Shown piece after piece: positions 26,339-35,777 of a stretch of DNA of 64,000 nt. The notes under the pieces are model-generated. The model made no database searches. It was not told where the DNA came from and saw nothing but the letters and a program-made list of their open reading frames with translations. The number at the start of each line of letters is the position of its first letter. Positions within the stretch are counted from its first letter, which is position 1. Where the stretch lies: assembly GCA_900771335.1 (NCBI GenBank), contig CAAGNP010000012.1, positions 62,350 to 126,349 on the forward strand, given 5' to 3'. The translations under genes and the position numbers were made by a program. This DNA comes from Rikenellaceae bacterium (GTDB lineage Bacteria; Bacteroidota; Bacteroidia; Bacteroidales; UBA932).

Positions 26339-27008
26339 CACAGACGCATGTTCTGCAGCTATCGCCGAAGGGGAAAAAATTATAGCATCCGAGTATATTC
26401 AGGAATATAAGTCCCATGCCAGATTACTTGTACCTATGGTCGAAAAGCTGCTGAAAAAGGCAAGCATCTCCCTCTCGGAATGCTCAGCTGTAGCGGTAAG
26501 CGAGGGTCCGGGATCATATACCGGATTAAGGGTCGGAGTCTCTTCTGCCAAAGGGTTGTGCTATGGGGCAGGAATTCCTTTGTTGGGAATACCCACCCTC
26601 GACATCCTGGCCCAGATGGGTATTGAGAAGACAAATACCGCCAACAGCGTCATCGTCCCAATGCTCGACGCAAGGAGAATGGAGGTCTATTGCGCCTCAT
26701 ACGACCATCTCGGCAGAAGAATCTCGGATATAAAAGCTGAGATTCTGGGTGAAAACAGCTTTGAGGATCTTTTCGCCCAATACGACCAGGTTATCTTCAT
26801 CGGGGATGGCGCAGAGAAGTTCGAAGTGTGCCTCGATGAGGCCAAAAAGGGGAAGTCCACCATCATAGGGTGCAGACCGGATGCCAGATACATGGTCAAT
26901 CCCGCTATTGATGCATACAAAAAAGAAGAGTTCAAAGATATTGCATACTTTGAACCCTTCTATCTTAAAGATTTCGTGGCAGGTGTAAGTAAGAAATCTC
27001 TTATCTGA
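26310..27008 (+). CDS. tsaB: tRNA t6A37 biosynthesis protein TsaB
   Basis: MEKYLLIETSTDACSAAI and GPGSYTGLRVG motifs. The start overlaps the adaptor gene end by 29 nt. Confidence 0.9.
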   Translation: MEKYLLIETSTDACSAAIAEGEKIIASEYIQEYKSHARLLVPMVEKLLKKASISLSECSAVAVSEGPGSYTGLRVGVSSAKGLCYGAGIPLLGIPTLDILAQMGIEKTNTANSVIVPMLDARRMEVYCASYDHLGRRISDIKAEILGENSFEDLFAQYDQVIFIGDGAEKFEVCLDEAKKGKSTIIGCRPDARYMVNPAIDAYKKEEFKDIAYFEPFYLKDFVAGVSKKSLI

Positions 27009-28146
27009 CGAGTCTCGAAATCACCTTTTCCAATTTTGACATATCGAAAACATCTTTGTCCACGATATCACCTTTCTTGTCGATGATATAAAGGGTAGGG
27101 ATGTTGGTAATATTGTAAAGATTCAATGTTCCTGACATATTGCCCGGGTCACATACACTTACCCATTCAAGACCTTGTGCCTTAACCTGGCTTGCCCACG
27201 CTGTCTTGTCTGTATCGGCACACACCTGATAAACCTCAAGACCTCTGTTTTTGTATTTGTCATACAACTCCTTCAACTCAGCATTGAAGATTTTGTGTGT
27301 AGGCTCTGTAGTAGACCAGAAGGAGAGGATAATTACTTTACCGTCAAGCTCTGACAAGTTCCTTACCTTCGCATTTACATCATAAAGGCTGATATCAGGG
27401 TGGCTCATTTCAGATGCGTTGTCGATTTTGGTTCCAAAATAGATATATTGCTCCCTCTGCTTGATATCATCAGCCAAAGATGACACATATGGAGAGTTTG
27501 GATATACTACACTTAGAGAGTCGTACACTTTTTTGAAGATGAACACATCATTGATGTCTCCATACACAGGAAGCGCCTCTGAGAACTTCTGATAAAGTAC
27601 AGGGATAACTGAGATGGATTTGGAGTTATTGATAAGATATTTTGTAGAGTTCTGTTTATGTTGGACGAAAAGTTTTGTCAGCTCAGTAGTGAGTTCTCTT
27701 GCCTTTTTGTCATTTTTTGCCTGCTGGGCAGCATCCAGTTCATTGAAAAGGTTGTACACTTTTGTCAAAACCTCTTCTTGGGATCTCTCCCACTCGGCAT
27801 ATTTTACAGCCTCTTCTGATCCCTCAACGGTAGATATTCCATCCTTGGATACATTTACAGACAGCTTGTCTCCCTCCTGAAGGACTACAGATGCCATTTT
27901 CTTACCATCGTTAAGGAAATAGTAGAAATCAGGCGATCCCGGCTGGCAATTTGCCCCAAACTGAGTCTTCTCCCCTTTCACATATATGGTATCTACCACA
28001 TAAATTCTATTGATAGAAAGTTTGGTAACGATAATTTCTGTACTGTCGGCAGCACCCTCTACATTGAAGGTCACTTTTGCATTATATTTTTGTGAACATG
28101 ATGCCGCTACAACAAGTGCGAAGAATAGTAGTGCAATTTTTTTCAT
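27001..28146 (-). CDS. TlpA-like thioredoxin-fold lipoprotein lacking the CxxC motif (DUF4369-like N-terminus)
   Basis: Lipobox AASC. The C-terminal Trx fold (KVIILSFWSTTEPTHKIF...NIPTLYIIDKKG) has STTEPTH where WCxPC is expected. Confidence 0.7.
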   Translation of the reverse strand: MKKIALLFFALVVAASCSQKYNAKVTFNVEGAADSTEIIVTKLSINRIYVVDTIYVKGEKTQFGANCQPGSPDFYYFLNDGKKMASVVLQEGDKLSVNVSKDGISTVEGSEEAVKYAEWERSQEEVLTKVYNLFNELDAAQQAKNDKKARELTTELTKLFVQHKQNSTKYLINNSKSISVIPVLYQKFSEALPVYGDINDVFIFKKVYDSLSVVYPNSPYVSSLADDIKQREQYIYFGTKIDNASEMSHPDISLYDVNAKVRNLSELDGKVIILSFWSTTEPTHKIFNAELKELYDKYKNRGLEVYQVCADTDKTAWASQVKAQGLEWVSVCDPGNMSGTLNLYNITNIPTLYIIDKKGDIVDKDVFDMSKLEKVISRLVR

Positions 28147-28149
28147 CGG

Positions 28150-28545
28150 TTATTCAAATGATAATGATATTTTCTCTGCAATTTCTTTAAATGTATCTGG
28201 AGTAAGTGACAGTTTGGCCTTTCTGAAATCCATATCCCCCTCTGACTGTAGAGGTACAAGATGGATATGGGCATGAGGAACTTCCATACCCAACACAGCC
28301 ACACCTACCCTCTTGCAAGGGATAGCCTTCTTGATGGCAGCAGCCACCCTTTTGGCGAATAAAAAGAGTTCCTGATACTCCTTATCCTCTATGTCGAAGA
28401 TATAATCTGTCTCTTGTTTGGGTATAACCAATGTATGCCCCTGTGCAAGTGGATTGATATCGAGGAATGCATAGAATTTGTCACTCTCTGCCACCTTGTA
28501 GGATGGTATCTCTCCGTTGACGATACGTGTAAAAATTGTTGCCAT
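28150..28545 (-). CDS. HIT-family (histidine triad) protein
   Basis: HAHIHLVP triad, 131 aa. Confidence 0.9.
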   Translation of the reverse strand: MATIFTRIVNGEIPSYKVAESDKFYAFLDINPLAQGHTLVIPKQETDYIFDIEDKEYQELFLFAKRVAAAIKKAIPCKRVGVAVLGMEVPHAHIHLVPLQSEGDMDFRKAKLSLTPDTFKEIAEKISLSFE

Positions 28546-28554
28546 GTGCTATGA

Positions 28555-29025
28555 TTAAATAGAGATATCCAACACTTCGAATTTAAGTACACCTGACGGC
28601 ACCTGGACCTCCACTACATCACCTTTCTTTCTTCCGATGAGTGCTTTACCGATAGGTGTTGCAGCTGCAAGCTTGCCCTCTCTGAAGTTAGCCTCACTTT
28701 CACCCACCAATGTATACTCTACAACGGTATTGTTGATAAGGTTTTTAAGTTTTACCTTGTTCAACATCTGGATTTGCTCGGTATTGATGCGTGACTCATC
28801 GATCACCCTTGCATTAGCGATGGTATTCTCAAGTTTTGATATTTTCAACTCAAGCAGACCTTGTGCCTCCTTAGCTGCATCGTATTCTGCATTCTCAGAC
28901 AGGTCACCTTTATCTCTTGCCTCAGCAATCTGCTTTGAGATTACTGGTCTTTGGGCGATCAGCTGTGCCAATTCACCTTTTAGTTTCTCCAGCCCTTCAG
29001 CCGTTACATAATGAATTTCAGACAT
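28555..29025 (-). CDS. greA: Transcription elongation factor GreA
   Basis: N-terminal coiled coil with DLSENAEYDAAKE, plus the C-terminal globular domain. Confidence 0.92.
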   Translation of the reverse strand: MSEIHYVTAEGLEKLKGELAQLIAQRPVISKQIAEARDKGDLSENAEYDAAKEAQGLLELKISKLENTIANARVIDESRINTEQIQMLNKVKLKNLINNTVVEYTLVGESEANFREGKLAAATPIGKALIGRKKGDVVEVQVPSGVLKFEVLDISI

Positions 29026-29050
29026 AATATTTTTTAATCTTTATTTCAAA

Positions 29051-29407
29051 TCAATACTCTTTATATTTAGGGCTCATCACCTCTGAATAGATGATCAGCT
29101 TCCTCTTTTCCTCTTTGGACATCCCCTTCCCCACTTTCACCTCATCCTCTTCATTCTGTACATTTTTCACTTTAGGCTCTGCCTCTTTGGGGACAACTCT
29201 TGTCTTTACAACAGGTCTGGCATAAATCTCCTTCTCCGGCTCCGCTTCGGGCTCAAGCTGGTCTTCGCCCAAACCCAGCTCTGACAAAAACTCCTGAAAG
29301 TCGCTTTTGTCCTGTTTCGACTGTGTCTTCATTTTATTCTTTCCCAAGACTAATGGTAAAATAAAAAAAGCCACCATCGTGAGAACCGATATCCAAGATC
29401 CTTCCAT
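29051..29407 (-). CDS. Hypothetical membrane-anchored, charged low-complexity protein
   Basis: One N-terminal TM helix followed by a K/E-rich tail. No family was recognised. Confidence 0.45.
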   Translation of the reverse strand: MEGSWISVLTMVAFFILPLVLGKNKMKTQSKQDKSDFQEFLSELGLGEDQLEPEAEPEKEIYARPVVKTRVVPKEAEPKVKNVQNEEDEVKVGKGMSKEEKRKLIIYSEVMSPKYKEY

Positions 29408-29439
29408 GCTGCCTAAAGTTTATGTACAAATGTACTAAA

Positions 29440-30321
29440 TTATGGTTTGATAACAAACTCCTTGTCTTTGGTAATTTGCTCCTTCAACTGGTCCATTGAA
29501 GCAAATTTCCTTTCATCTCTGATTTTTGCTACAAATTCTATGCTCATTTCCAAGCCATAGATATCCTCGTCAAAATTCAGAATATGTGTCTCTATTGTTC
29601 TGCTCTGATTCTCCCCCACTGTAGGTCTATTTCCGATATTGCAAATACCCTTATAGTCCCTTCCCAATACATGCACATCCACAAGATAGACACCATTTGC
29701 CGGAACCAGCTTCAACGGTTCGTAGAGCTCCATGTTCGCAGTAGGGAAACCGATAGTCCTCCCAAGCTGCTTGCCTGAAACCACCACTCCGTGCAGAAGA
29801 TATTTGTATCCCAGCAACTCTGATGCCCCCTTGACATCTCCATCCAGAAGTGCCGCCCTGATTTTGGTCGAGCTGACCATCTTCTCACCCAAATGGACCT
29901 CTTCTACACGAATGGTCTCAATTCCAAGTGAGGCAGCGATCTCCCGCATCTCTTCCTGTGTCTGAAGGGATGAGTTTCCCAATCTGTGGTCATACCCTAT
30001 GACAAGTGTGGAGACATTGAATTTTTTTATAAGATACTCCTCCATAAACTCCTTGGTAGAGAGTTTACTGAACTCTCTGGAGAAATTGACAACATGGAAG
30101 TTGTCAATCCCCAGTGAGAGTACCCTTTGTTTTTTCTCTTCAAGAGAGTTCAATAATCTTAATGTATGTGCATCCTGCTGCAGTACAGTCCTAGGATGAG
30201 GCCAGAAAGTGATTACAGCACTCTCCATCTGTCTCTCGGCAGCTATCTGAAGCAGACTGTTGAGAACAGCGCGGTGCCCACCATGCACCCCATCAAAGAA
30301 ACCGGTAGCTGCTACAACCAT
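29440..30321 (-). CDS. ribF: Bifunctional riboflavin kinase / FMN adenylyltransferase
   Basis: GFFDGVHGGH at the N-terminus and GFPTAN in the kinase half. Confidence 0.9.
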   Translation of the reverse strand: MVVAATGFFDGVHGGHRAVLNSLLQIAAERQMESAVITFWPHPRTVLQQDAHTLRLLNSLEEKKQRVLSLGIDNFHVVNFSREFSKLSTKEFMEEYLIKKFNVSTLVIGYDHRLGNSSLQTQEEMREIAASLGIETIRVEEVHLGEKMVSSTKIRAALLDGDVKGASELLGYKYLLHGVVVSGKQLGRTIGFPTANMELYEPLKLVPANGVYLVDVHVLGRDYKGICNIGNRPTVGENQSRTIETHILNFDEDIYGLEMSIEFVAKIRDERKFASMDQLKEQITKDKEFVIKP

Positions 30322-33300
30322 CTTACAAGTTCGAAATCTTGACGGTGAGGAAGTTTGTCACTCTTGGCAAAAATTCTACCTGCAATCTGGTATGCACCTG
30401 TAGTATTTGGAACGATAGTCGAAGAGTATGTTGCCACACCATTTTCAATCTTCTCAAAATCAAATGTGTAAACGCCCTCTTTAACATATCTTCCTTTGGC
30501 ATTCTGACGTGCATATACCAACTCAAATCCGATATCATTAGGATCCATATCACCTACGAATACTGAGATATATGATTTGAACTCTTTACCAAGAAGCAAT
30601 TGTCCTTGGGCATCGTTCATGAAGTTCGATTCACGGATCTCAAGTTGCTCCCAACCTTTACGCATTTTTCTCTTCCATAGTGCGATCTCTCTTGCCTCAG
30701 CGTAATCAGATGCGATAAGTTTGCCTGCTCTTGCTGCAAGTGGTTTGTAATATTTATCAATATAATCGTTGAACATTCTGTTGGTAGTGAAGTCGCATGC
30801 TACCTTGGCAATACAGTTCTTGATGATCTTGATCCACTCTGTAGGGATACCTGTCACAGGGTTTACATCATAGTATGTAGGTGCGATTTCACTCTCAATA
30901 ATATTGTAGATGGTAGCTGCATCCAATTCATCCTGGAAGTTCTGGTCATCGTATGTTCTCTCTTGTGGAAGAGCCCAACCAGCACCCTCTTTGTAACCTT
31001 CTACCCACCATCCGTCAAGTACAGAGAAGTGCATTACACCGTTCATAGCAGCTTTCTCTCCTGATGTACCAGAAGCTTCAAGTGGTCTTGTAGGGTTGTT
31101 CATCCATACGTCCACACCTTGAACAAGATATTTTGCGATGTTGATATCGTAGTTAGGGACGAATACGATCTTACCGATAAACTGAGGCATCTTGGAGATA
31201 TCTACAATCTTCTTGATCAAATCGCTGCCGGCCTTGTCTGCAGGGTGAGCTTTACCTGCGAATAGGAATTGAACAGGTCTCTTAGGATTGTTTACAATAG
31301 CAGAAAGTCTGTCCAAGTCTCTGAATAGAAGGTGTGCTCTCTTATATGTAGCAAAACGTCTTGCAAAACCGATGGTCAAAACGTCGTCTCTAAGTGTTCT
31401 CTTGATCTCTACGATATGTTGTGGAGAGTAGTGGCTTGAAACTGTAGGGTCAGAAAGTTGTTTCTTGACAGCCTTGATAAGTCTCTGACGAAGTTCCTGA
31501 CGAACACTCATAATCTCGGCATCTTTCACCTCATAGATACCGTTGAAGCACTCTTTGTCGTATTTGTGTGTTTTGAATTCGTCACCGAAAACTCTGGCGT
31601 GGATCTCTTTCCATTGTGGAGCAGTCCATGTAGGATAGTGAACACCATTGGTTACATAACCTACGTGGTTCTCTTCAGGAAGGTAACCTGGCCACATGCT
31701 AGCCAAGATATCCTGACTCACTTTACCGTGTAGCCAGCTCACACCGTTAACCTCTTGAGAGATGTTGCAAGCAAGATTACTCATAGAGAATTTCTCATTC
31801 TGATCGTATGGGTTATTCTTACCTAGGGACATAAGTGTATCCCAACCAATTTTCAATCTCTCTGGATAGTGTGAGATATATTTTCTCAATAGATCCTCAT
31901 GGAATGCATCGTGACCTGCAGGTACAGGGGTATGTGTAGTGAATAGAGATGAAGCTCTAACTACCTCCAATGCTTCGTCATAAGATAGGTTATCATTGTT
32001 GATATACTCTCTTAGTCTCTCAAGACCGGTAAATGCAGCGTGACCCTCGTTGCAGTGGTATACATCTGCATCAAGACCCAAAGCACGCATTGCTCTGATA
32101 CCACCGACACCTAGAAGAAGCTCCTGTTTCAAACGGTTCTCCCAATCGCCACCATATAGATGGTAGGTAACCTGACGATCCTCTGGAAGGTTTGCATCGT
32201 AATCAGTATCCAACAAGTAAAGCTCAGTTCTACCTACATCCACTCTCCAAAGTCTTGCGTAGATATTTCTGCCAGGGAATGCTACAGAGATGGTAACCCA
32301 TTTGTCCTCTGCGTCTCTCACTGGAACTGCAGGTATTTTCATGAAGTCCTGAGGTTCGTAGTCAGCGATCTGATCACCGTAACCTGAAAGTTTCTGATTG
32401 AAGTAACCATATCTGTAAAGGAGACCGATACCGATCATGTTAACATTAAGGTCACTTGACTCTTTCAAATAGTCACCAGCCAAGATACCAAGACCACCAG
32501 AATAGATCTTAAGTGATGCGTCAAGACCATACTCCATACAGAAGTATGCAATCGATGCACCCTCACGGTGATTCTTAGCCTCCATATACTCATTGAACAA
32601 AGCTGCCACTTTATCCAATTGGCGTACGAATTTCTCGTTTTTCTCCAATTGTTGGTACTGTTCATATGATAGATGGTCTAGAAGTGCTATAGGGTTACGT
32701 CCCAATGCTACCCACAACTCTTTGTCAATGCTCTTAAACAAATCCATCGCTTCCTGGTTCCAGCACCACCATAGATTCTTAGAGATTATATCAAGATATT
32801 TCAATCTCTCTGGTATGTTCCTTGTCACCAAAACTCTGTTCCAGGAAGGTGTTCCTACGTCAATTTTCTTGTATGTCATATTTTTTATATTGTTTTTTTC
32901 AGGGAATTTCCCTTTTCTTTCTATTACTCTTTCTATTGCCAAAGAGTATGCCTCTTTGTAAAATTTCAAATGGTTTTTCCACAATGCTATCTCCGATACA
33001 GATTTGGCATTGTCTCTATATTTTTTCTGCTCTTTTTCGCTTAGAGAAGATATCTCCACGATCTTTTCACAGACACCATCCACCACCTCCGAGTAGTTGG
33101 ACTCACCCCTTTCGAGGACAGAGATTCCCGGATGGTCTTTGGTGTAGTACTCATTTACCCATAGACCAAAACCGGCAAGTGTCGTAGTGACTGTTGGTAC
33201 CTTAAATGCCAATGACTCAAGAGGTGTATAACCCCATGGCTCATAGTATGAAGGAAATACCGACAGATCAAGACCCGACAGAAGCTGATAGTATGGAAGG

Positions 33301-34547
33301 TTGAATACGCCATCATTACCATTCAGATAGGATGGGATGAAAAGCAGCCTTACATTCTTATTGGATCTGTTGTTCAGACCCAACGCTCCCATTCTACAGA
33401 GGACAGGGTCGTTTTCAGGATACTGCAAATTGTGTGAGGTGTGGGTGGTATAGTCGCTCTCCTTGCCCCCAAGTTTGGCCACAAGCTCCTTGTCATATCC
33501 GTTGATCCCTGCAGGGACAAGAATAAAGCCCAGGATCGTCCTTCCTTCATATGAAGAGTTCTCCAATTGGGCAAGAGAATCCACGAATATGTCTATACCT
33601 TTGTTCTTATATTCGTATCTCCCTCCGATTCCGACCAGCACGGGATTTTCAAATACCTCCCCTGTCATAGCCTGAGCCACCTCAATAAGCTTCGCTCTAC
33701 CCTCTTTCTGGTATTTAACGAACTCTTCGGATCCAGGGACAATGGTATCTTCGAAGCCGTTTGGTGTCACAAGATCCACATCCTTGCTAAGGAATCTTGA
33801 ACACTCCTTGGCAGTAAGGTCGCTGACGGTGGTAAATACATCCGCATTGTGCGCAGCACACTTCTCCAATGAGTGCTTCGCTGCCACATTCAACTCTCTA
33901 GCCTTCTGATCTCCGTCTACAATATCAATGACATCGTAAAGCTTGATATTGTTGTATGCAAGGCTACGCCCCAATGTGGTGGCGTGGGTGGTAAACGCTG
34001 TCGCAACAGGGAGTGGTGTCTGCTTCAGATACAATACGCCGGCACCTGTCATCCATTCGTGGAACTGGGCCACCACCTTCTGGCTTGGAAGGAGATTGAA
34101 GTTTATAAAACTCTCGATAACCCTACCGGCTGCATATCCGAACAGAGCCGATTCTACATAGTCCCAGCCACCACTCAGGGAATCAAGATGATACTTCTCC
34201 CAAAACTCTGAGAGAATTTCATTTTTCCTGGTGATGTACTGCGAAAAATCTACTAAAAATGCTATTGGTTTCCCCTGTACATTCCATCTACCTACCCTCA
34301 CTCTGATACCCTCCTGGGCAGCAGAGACCCTCCATGTTCTATATAGGAGCGGATCTTCAGTGAATTCGGGGTTCTGGGTGGTATCCATCCAGACATCGGG
34401 ACCAATGAAGATTTGCTCCTGATTGATCCCTTCTGCCATACCGATGGATTTGGTAGCAATCACGGTGTGGATACCCCCCACTTTATTGCATACCTCCCAA
34501 CTAACCTCGAACAAGTAGTCGGGGCTAATCAACTTTTTCTGCTTCAT
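30312..34547 (-). CDS. Fusion protein: GT3 (eukaryote-type) glycogen synthase + GT35 alpha-glucan phosphorylase
   Basis: The N-terminus has the GT3 hallmark FEVSWEVCNKVGGIHTV. The C-terminal ~850 aa have the phosphorylase PLP-lysine block EASGTSGEKAAMNG. It is a single uninterrupted 1411-aa ORF. Confidence 0.85.
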   Translation of the reverse strand: MKQKKLISPDYLFEVSWEVCNKVGGIHTVIATKSIGMAEGINQEQIFIGPDVWMDTTQNPEFTEDPLLYRTWRVSAAQEGIRVRVGRWNVQGKPIAFLVDFSQYITRKNEILSEFWEKYHLDSLSGGWDYVESALFGYAAGRVIESFINFNLLPSQKVVAQFHEWMTGAGVLYLKQTPLPVATAFTTHATTLGRSLAYNNIKLYDVIDIVDGDQKARELNVAAKHSLEKCAAHNADVFTTVSDLTAKECSRFLSKDVDLVTPNGFEDTIVPGSEEFVKYQKEGRAKLIEVAQAMTGEVFENPVLVGIGGRYEYKNKGIDIFVDSLAQLENSSYEGRTILGFILVPAGINGYDKELVAKLGGKESDYTTHTSHNLQYPENDPVLCRMGALGLNNRSNKNVRLLFIPSYLNGNDGVFNLPYYQLLSGLDLSVFPSYYEPWGYTPLESLAFKVPTVTTTLAGFGLWVNEYYTKDHPGISVLERGESNYSEVVDGVCEKIVEISSLSEKEQKKYRDNAKSVSEIALWKNHLKFYKEAYSLAIERVIERKGKFPEKNNIKNMTYKKIDVGTPSWNRVLVTRNIPERLKYLDIISKNLWWCWNQEAMDLFKSIDKELWVALGRNPIALLDHLSYEQYQQLEKNEKFVRQLDKVAALFNEYMEAKNHREGASIAYFCMEYGLDASLKIYSGGLGILAGDYLKESSDLNVNMIGIGLLYRYGYFNQKLSGYGDQIADYEPQDFMKIPAVPVRDAEDKWVTISVAFPGRNIYARLWRVDVGRTELYLLDTDYDANLPEDRQVTYHLYGGDWENRLKQELLLGVGGIRAMRALGLDADVYHCNEGHAAFTGLERLREYINNDNLSYDEALEVVRASSLFTTHTPVPAGHDAFHEDLLRKYISHYPERLKIGWDTLMSLGKNNPYDQNEKFSMSNLACNISQEVNGVSWLHGKVSQDILASMWPGYLPEENHVGYVTNGVHYPTWTAPQWKEIHARVFGDEFKTHKYDKECFNGIYEVKDAEIMSVRQELRQRLIKAVKKQLSDPTVSSHYSPQHIVEIKRTLRDDVLTIGFARRFATYKRAHLLFRDLDRLSAIVNNPKRPVQFLFAGKAHPADKAGSDLIKKIVDISKMPQFIGKIVFVPNYDINIAKYLVQGVDVWMNNPTRPLEASGTSGEKAAMNGVMHFSVLDGWWVEGYKEGAGWALPQERTYDDQNFQDELDAATIYNIIESEIAPTYYDVNPVTGIPTEWIKIIKNCIAKVACDFTTNRMFNDYIDKYYKPLAARAGKLIASDYAEAREIALWKRKMRKGWEQLEIRESNFMNDAQGQLLLGKEFKSYISVFVGDMDPNDIGFELVYARQNAKGRYVKEGVYTFDFEKIENGVATYSSTIVPNTTGAYQIAGRIFAKSDKLPHRQDFELVRWL

Positions 34548-34565
34548 AAAAAGGTTAAAATCCGT

Positions 34566-35765
34566 TTATCCCAATCTTAGCTTTCTCTCAATACGGATTG
34601 TCAAGTCACTTAGAACATTCATATAGTTGATGAATGCCTCATATGGTGTGTCGTAAGGATTGAAGTATGTATGAACTGCTCCATCAGAGAAGAACTTGGT
34701 ACACATATAGTAGAAGTGGTCACTCTCCTGAAGTTTCATATAATCCTTGGTGATCTTGTCGTCTTGAAGGGCCAATACTCTATCGCTCAGGTCATACAAT
34801 TTGCTGAATGCTTCGTTCTGAAGCTCGTTTCCTAGCCAAGCAGATGTGTCTCTCTCCTCATCTGCCCAAGAGATTGAGAATGGTACATTAATAGGTGATA
34901 CTGCGTCGTGTTTCTTGATAGCCTCTGAAGGGGTTACAAACTCTACATTTGCTTTGTTTATAAGGGCTTCAGGAAGTGCTCTCATGAAATCAAAGATACC
35001 GCTTGCTGCACTCTGGTGCTCACCGAATGTCTCATAATCCATAAACAGGTTGATGATCTCATCTTTAGATGCCTGGTCAGCTACCCATGATGCGAACTTG
35101 TCAGTGTCCAAAGGCCACTCGTTCCAACCTTTATCTGAGAATCTGAATGCGATATCATCACTCAAAGTGAAGTTTCTAAGAAGAACTTTCAACTTTGGAT
35201 TGTTTGCATTTGAATATACATAGTTAGGTGATTTCCAACCAAGGATGTGTTTTGCACCCTCAGTCAACATCCCTTTGAATCCAAGTTTGTAAACCATCTC
35301 ACCGATCTCGTCAGAGTAGATAAGCTCAGTATTTCTGAAGCATTTTGGCTTTTTGCCGAAATGTTTCTCAATAGCTTTGCTGTGAAGTTCTACCTGTTTC
35401 TTGAACTCATCTTTGGATACCAGTGATGCCAGCGAGTGGGTATAGGTCTCTGCCAAGAACTCTACACAACCTGTCGCTGCAAGAGCTTTGAAGCTGTCCA
35501 ATACCTCAGGAGCATATTGCTCAAACTGCTCGATGGCAGAACCAGAGATAGAGTATGCAATCTTGAATGATTTGCCAAGTTTGTTGATATTCTCAAGCAT
35601 AATGGCATTCATAGGAAGGTAGCATTTCTCAGCCACTCTTCTTACGATGGTTCTGTTTGAGAAATCGTCGAAATAGTGAGAATCTTTTCCGATGTCGAAG
35701 AATCTGTATTGTCTTAGACGATCAGGTTGGTGTACCTGGAAGTACAAACAAATTGAAGGTTTCAT
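34566..35765 (-). CDS. Glycoside hydrolase family 57 protein
   Basis: N-terminal ICLYFQVHQPDRL block typical of GH57, in a glycogen cluster context. Confidence 0.8.
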   Translation of the reverse strand: MKPSICLYFQVHQPDRLRQYRFFDIGKDSHYFDDFSNRTIVRRVAEKCYLPMNAIMLENINKLGKSFKIAYSISGSAIEQFEQYAPEVLDSFKALAATGCVEFLAETYTHSLASLVSKDEFKKQVELHSKAIEKHFGKKPKCFRNTELIYSDEIGEMVYKLGFKGMLTEGAKHILGWKSPNYVYSNANNPKLKVLLRNFTLSDDIAFRFSDKGWNEWPLDTDKFASWVADQASKDEIINLFMDYETFGEHQSAASGIFDFMRALPEALINKANVEFVTPSEAIKKHDAVSPINVPFSISWADEERDTSAWLGNELQNEAFSKLYDLSDRVLALQDDKITKDYMKLQESDHFYYMCTKFFSDGAVHTYFNPYDTPYEAFINYMNVLSDLTIRIERKLRLG

Positions 35766-35777
35766 ATGTAGTAATTT

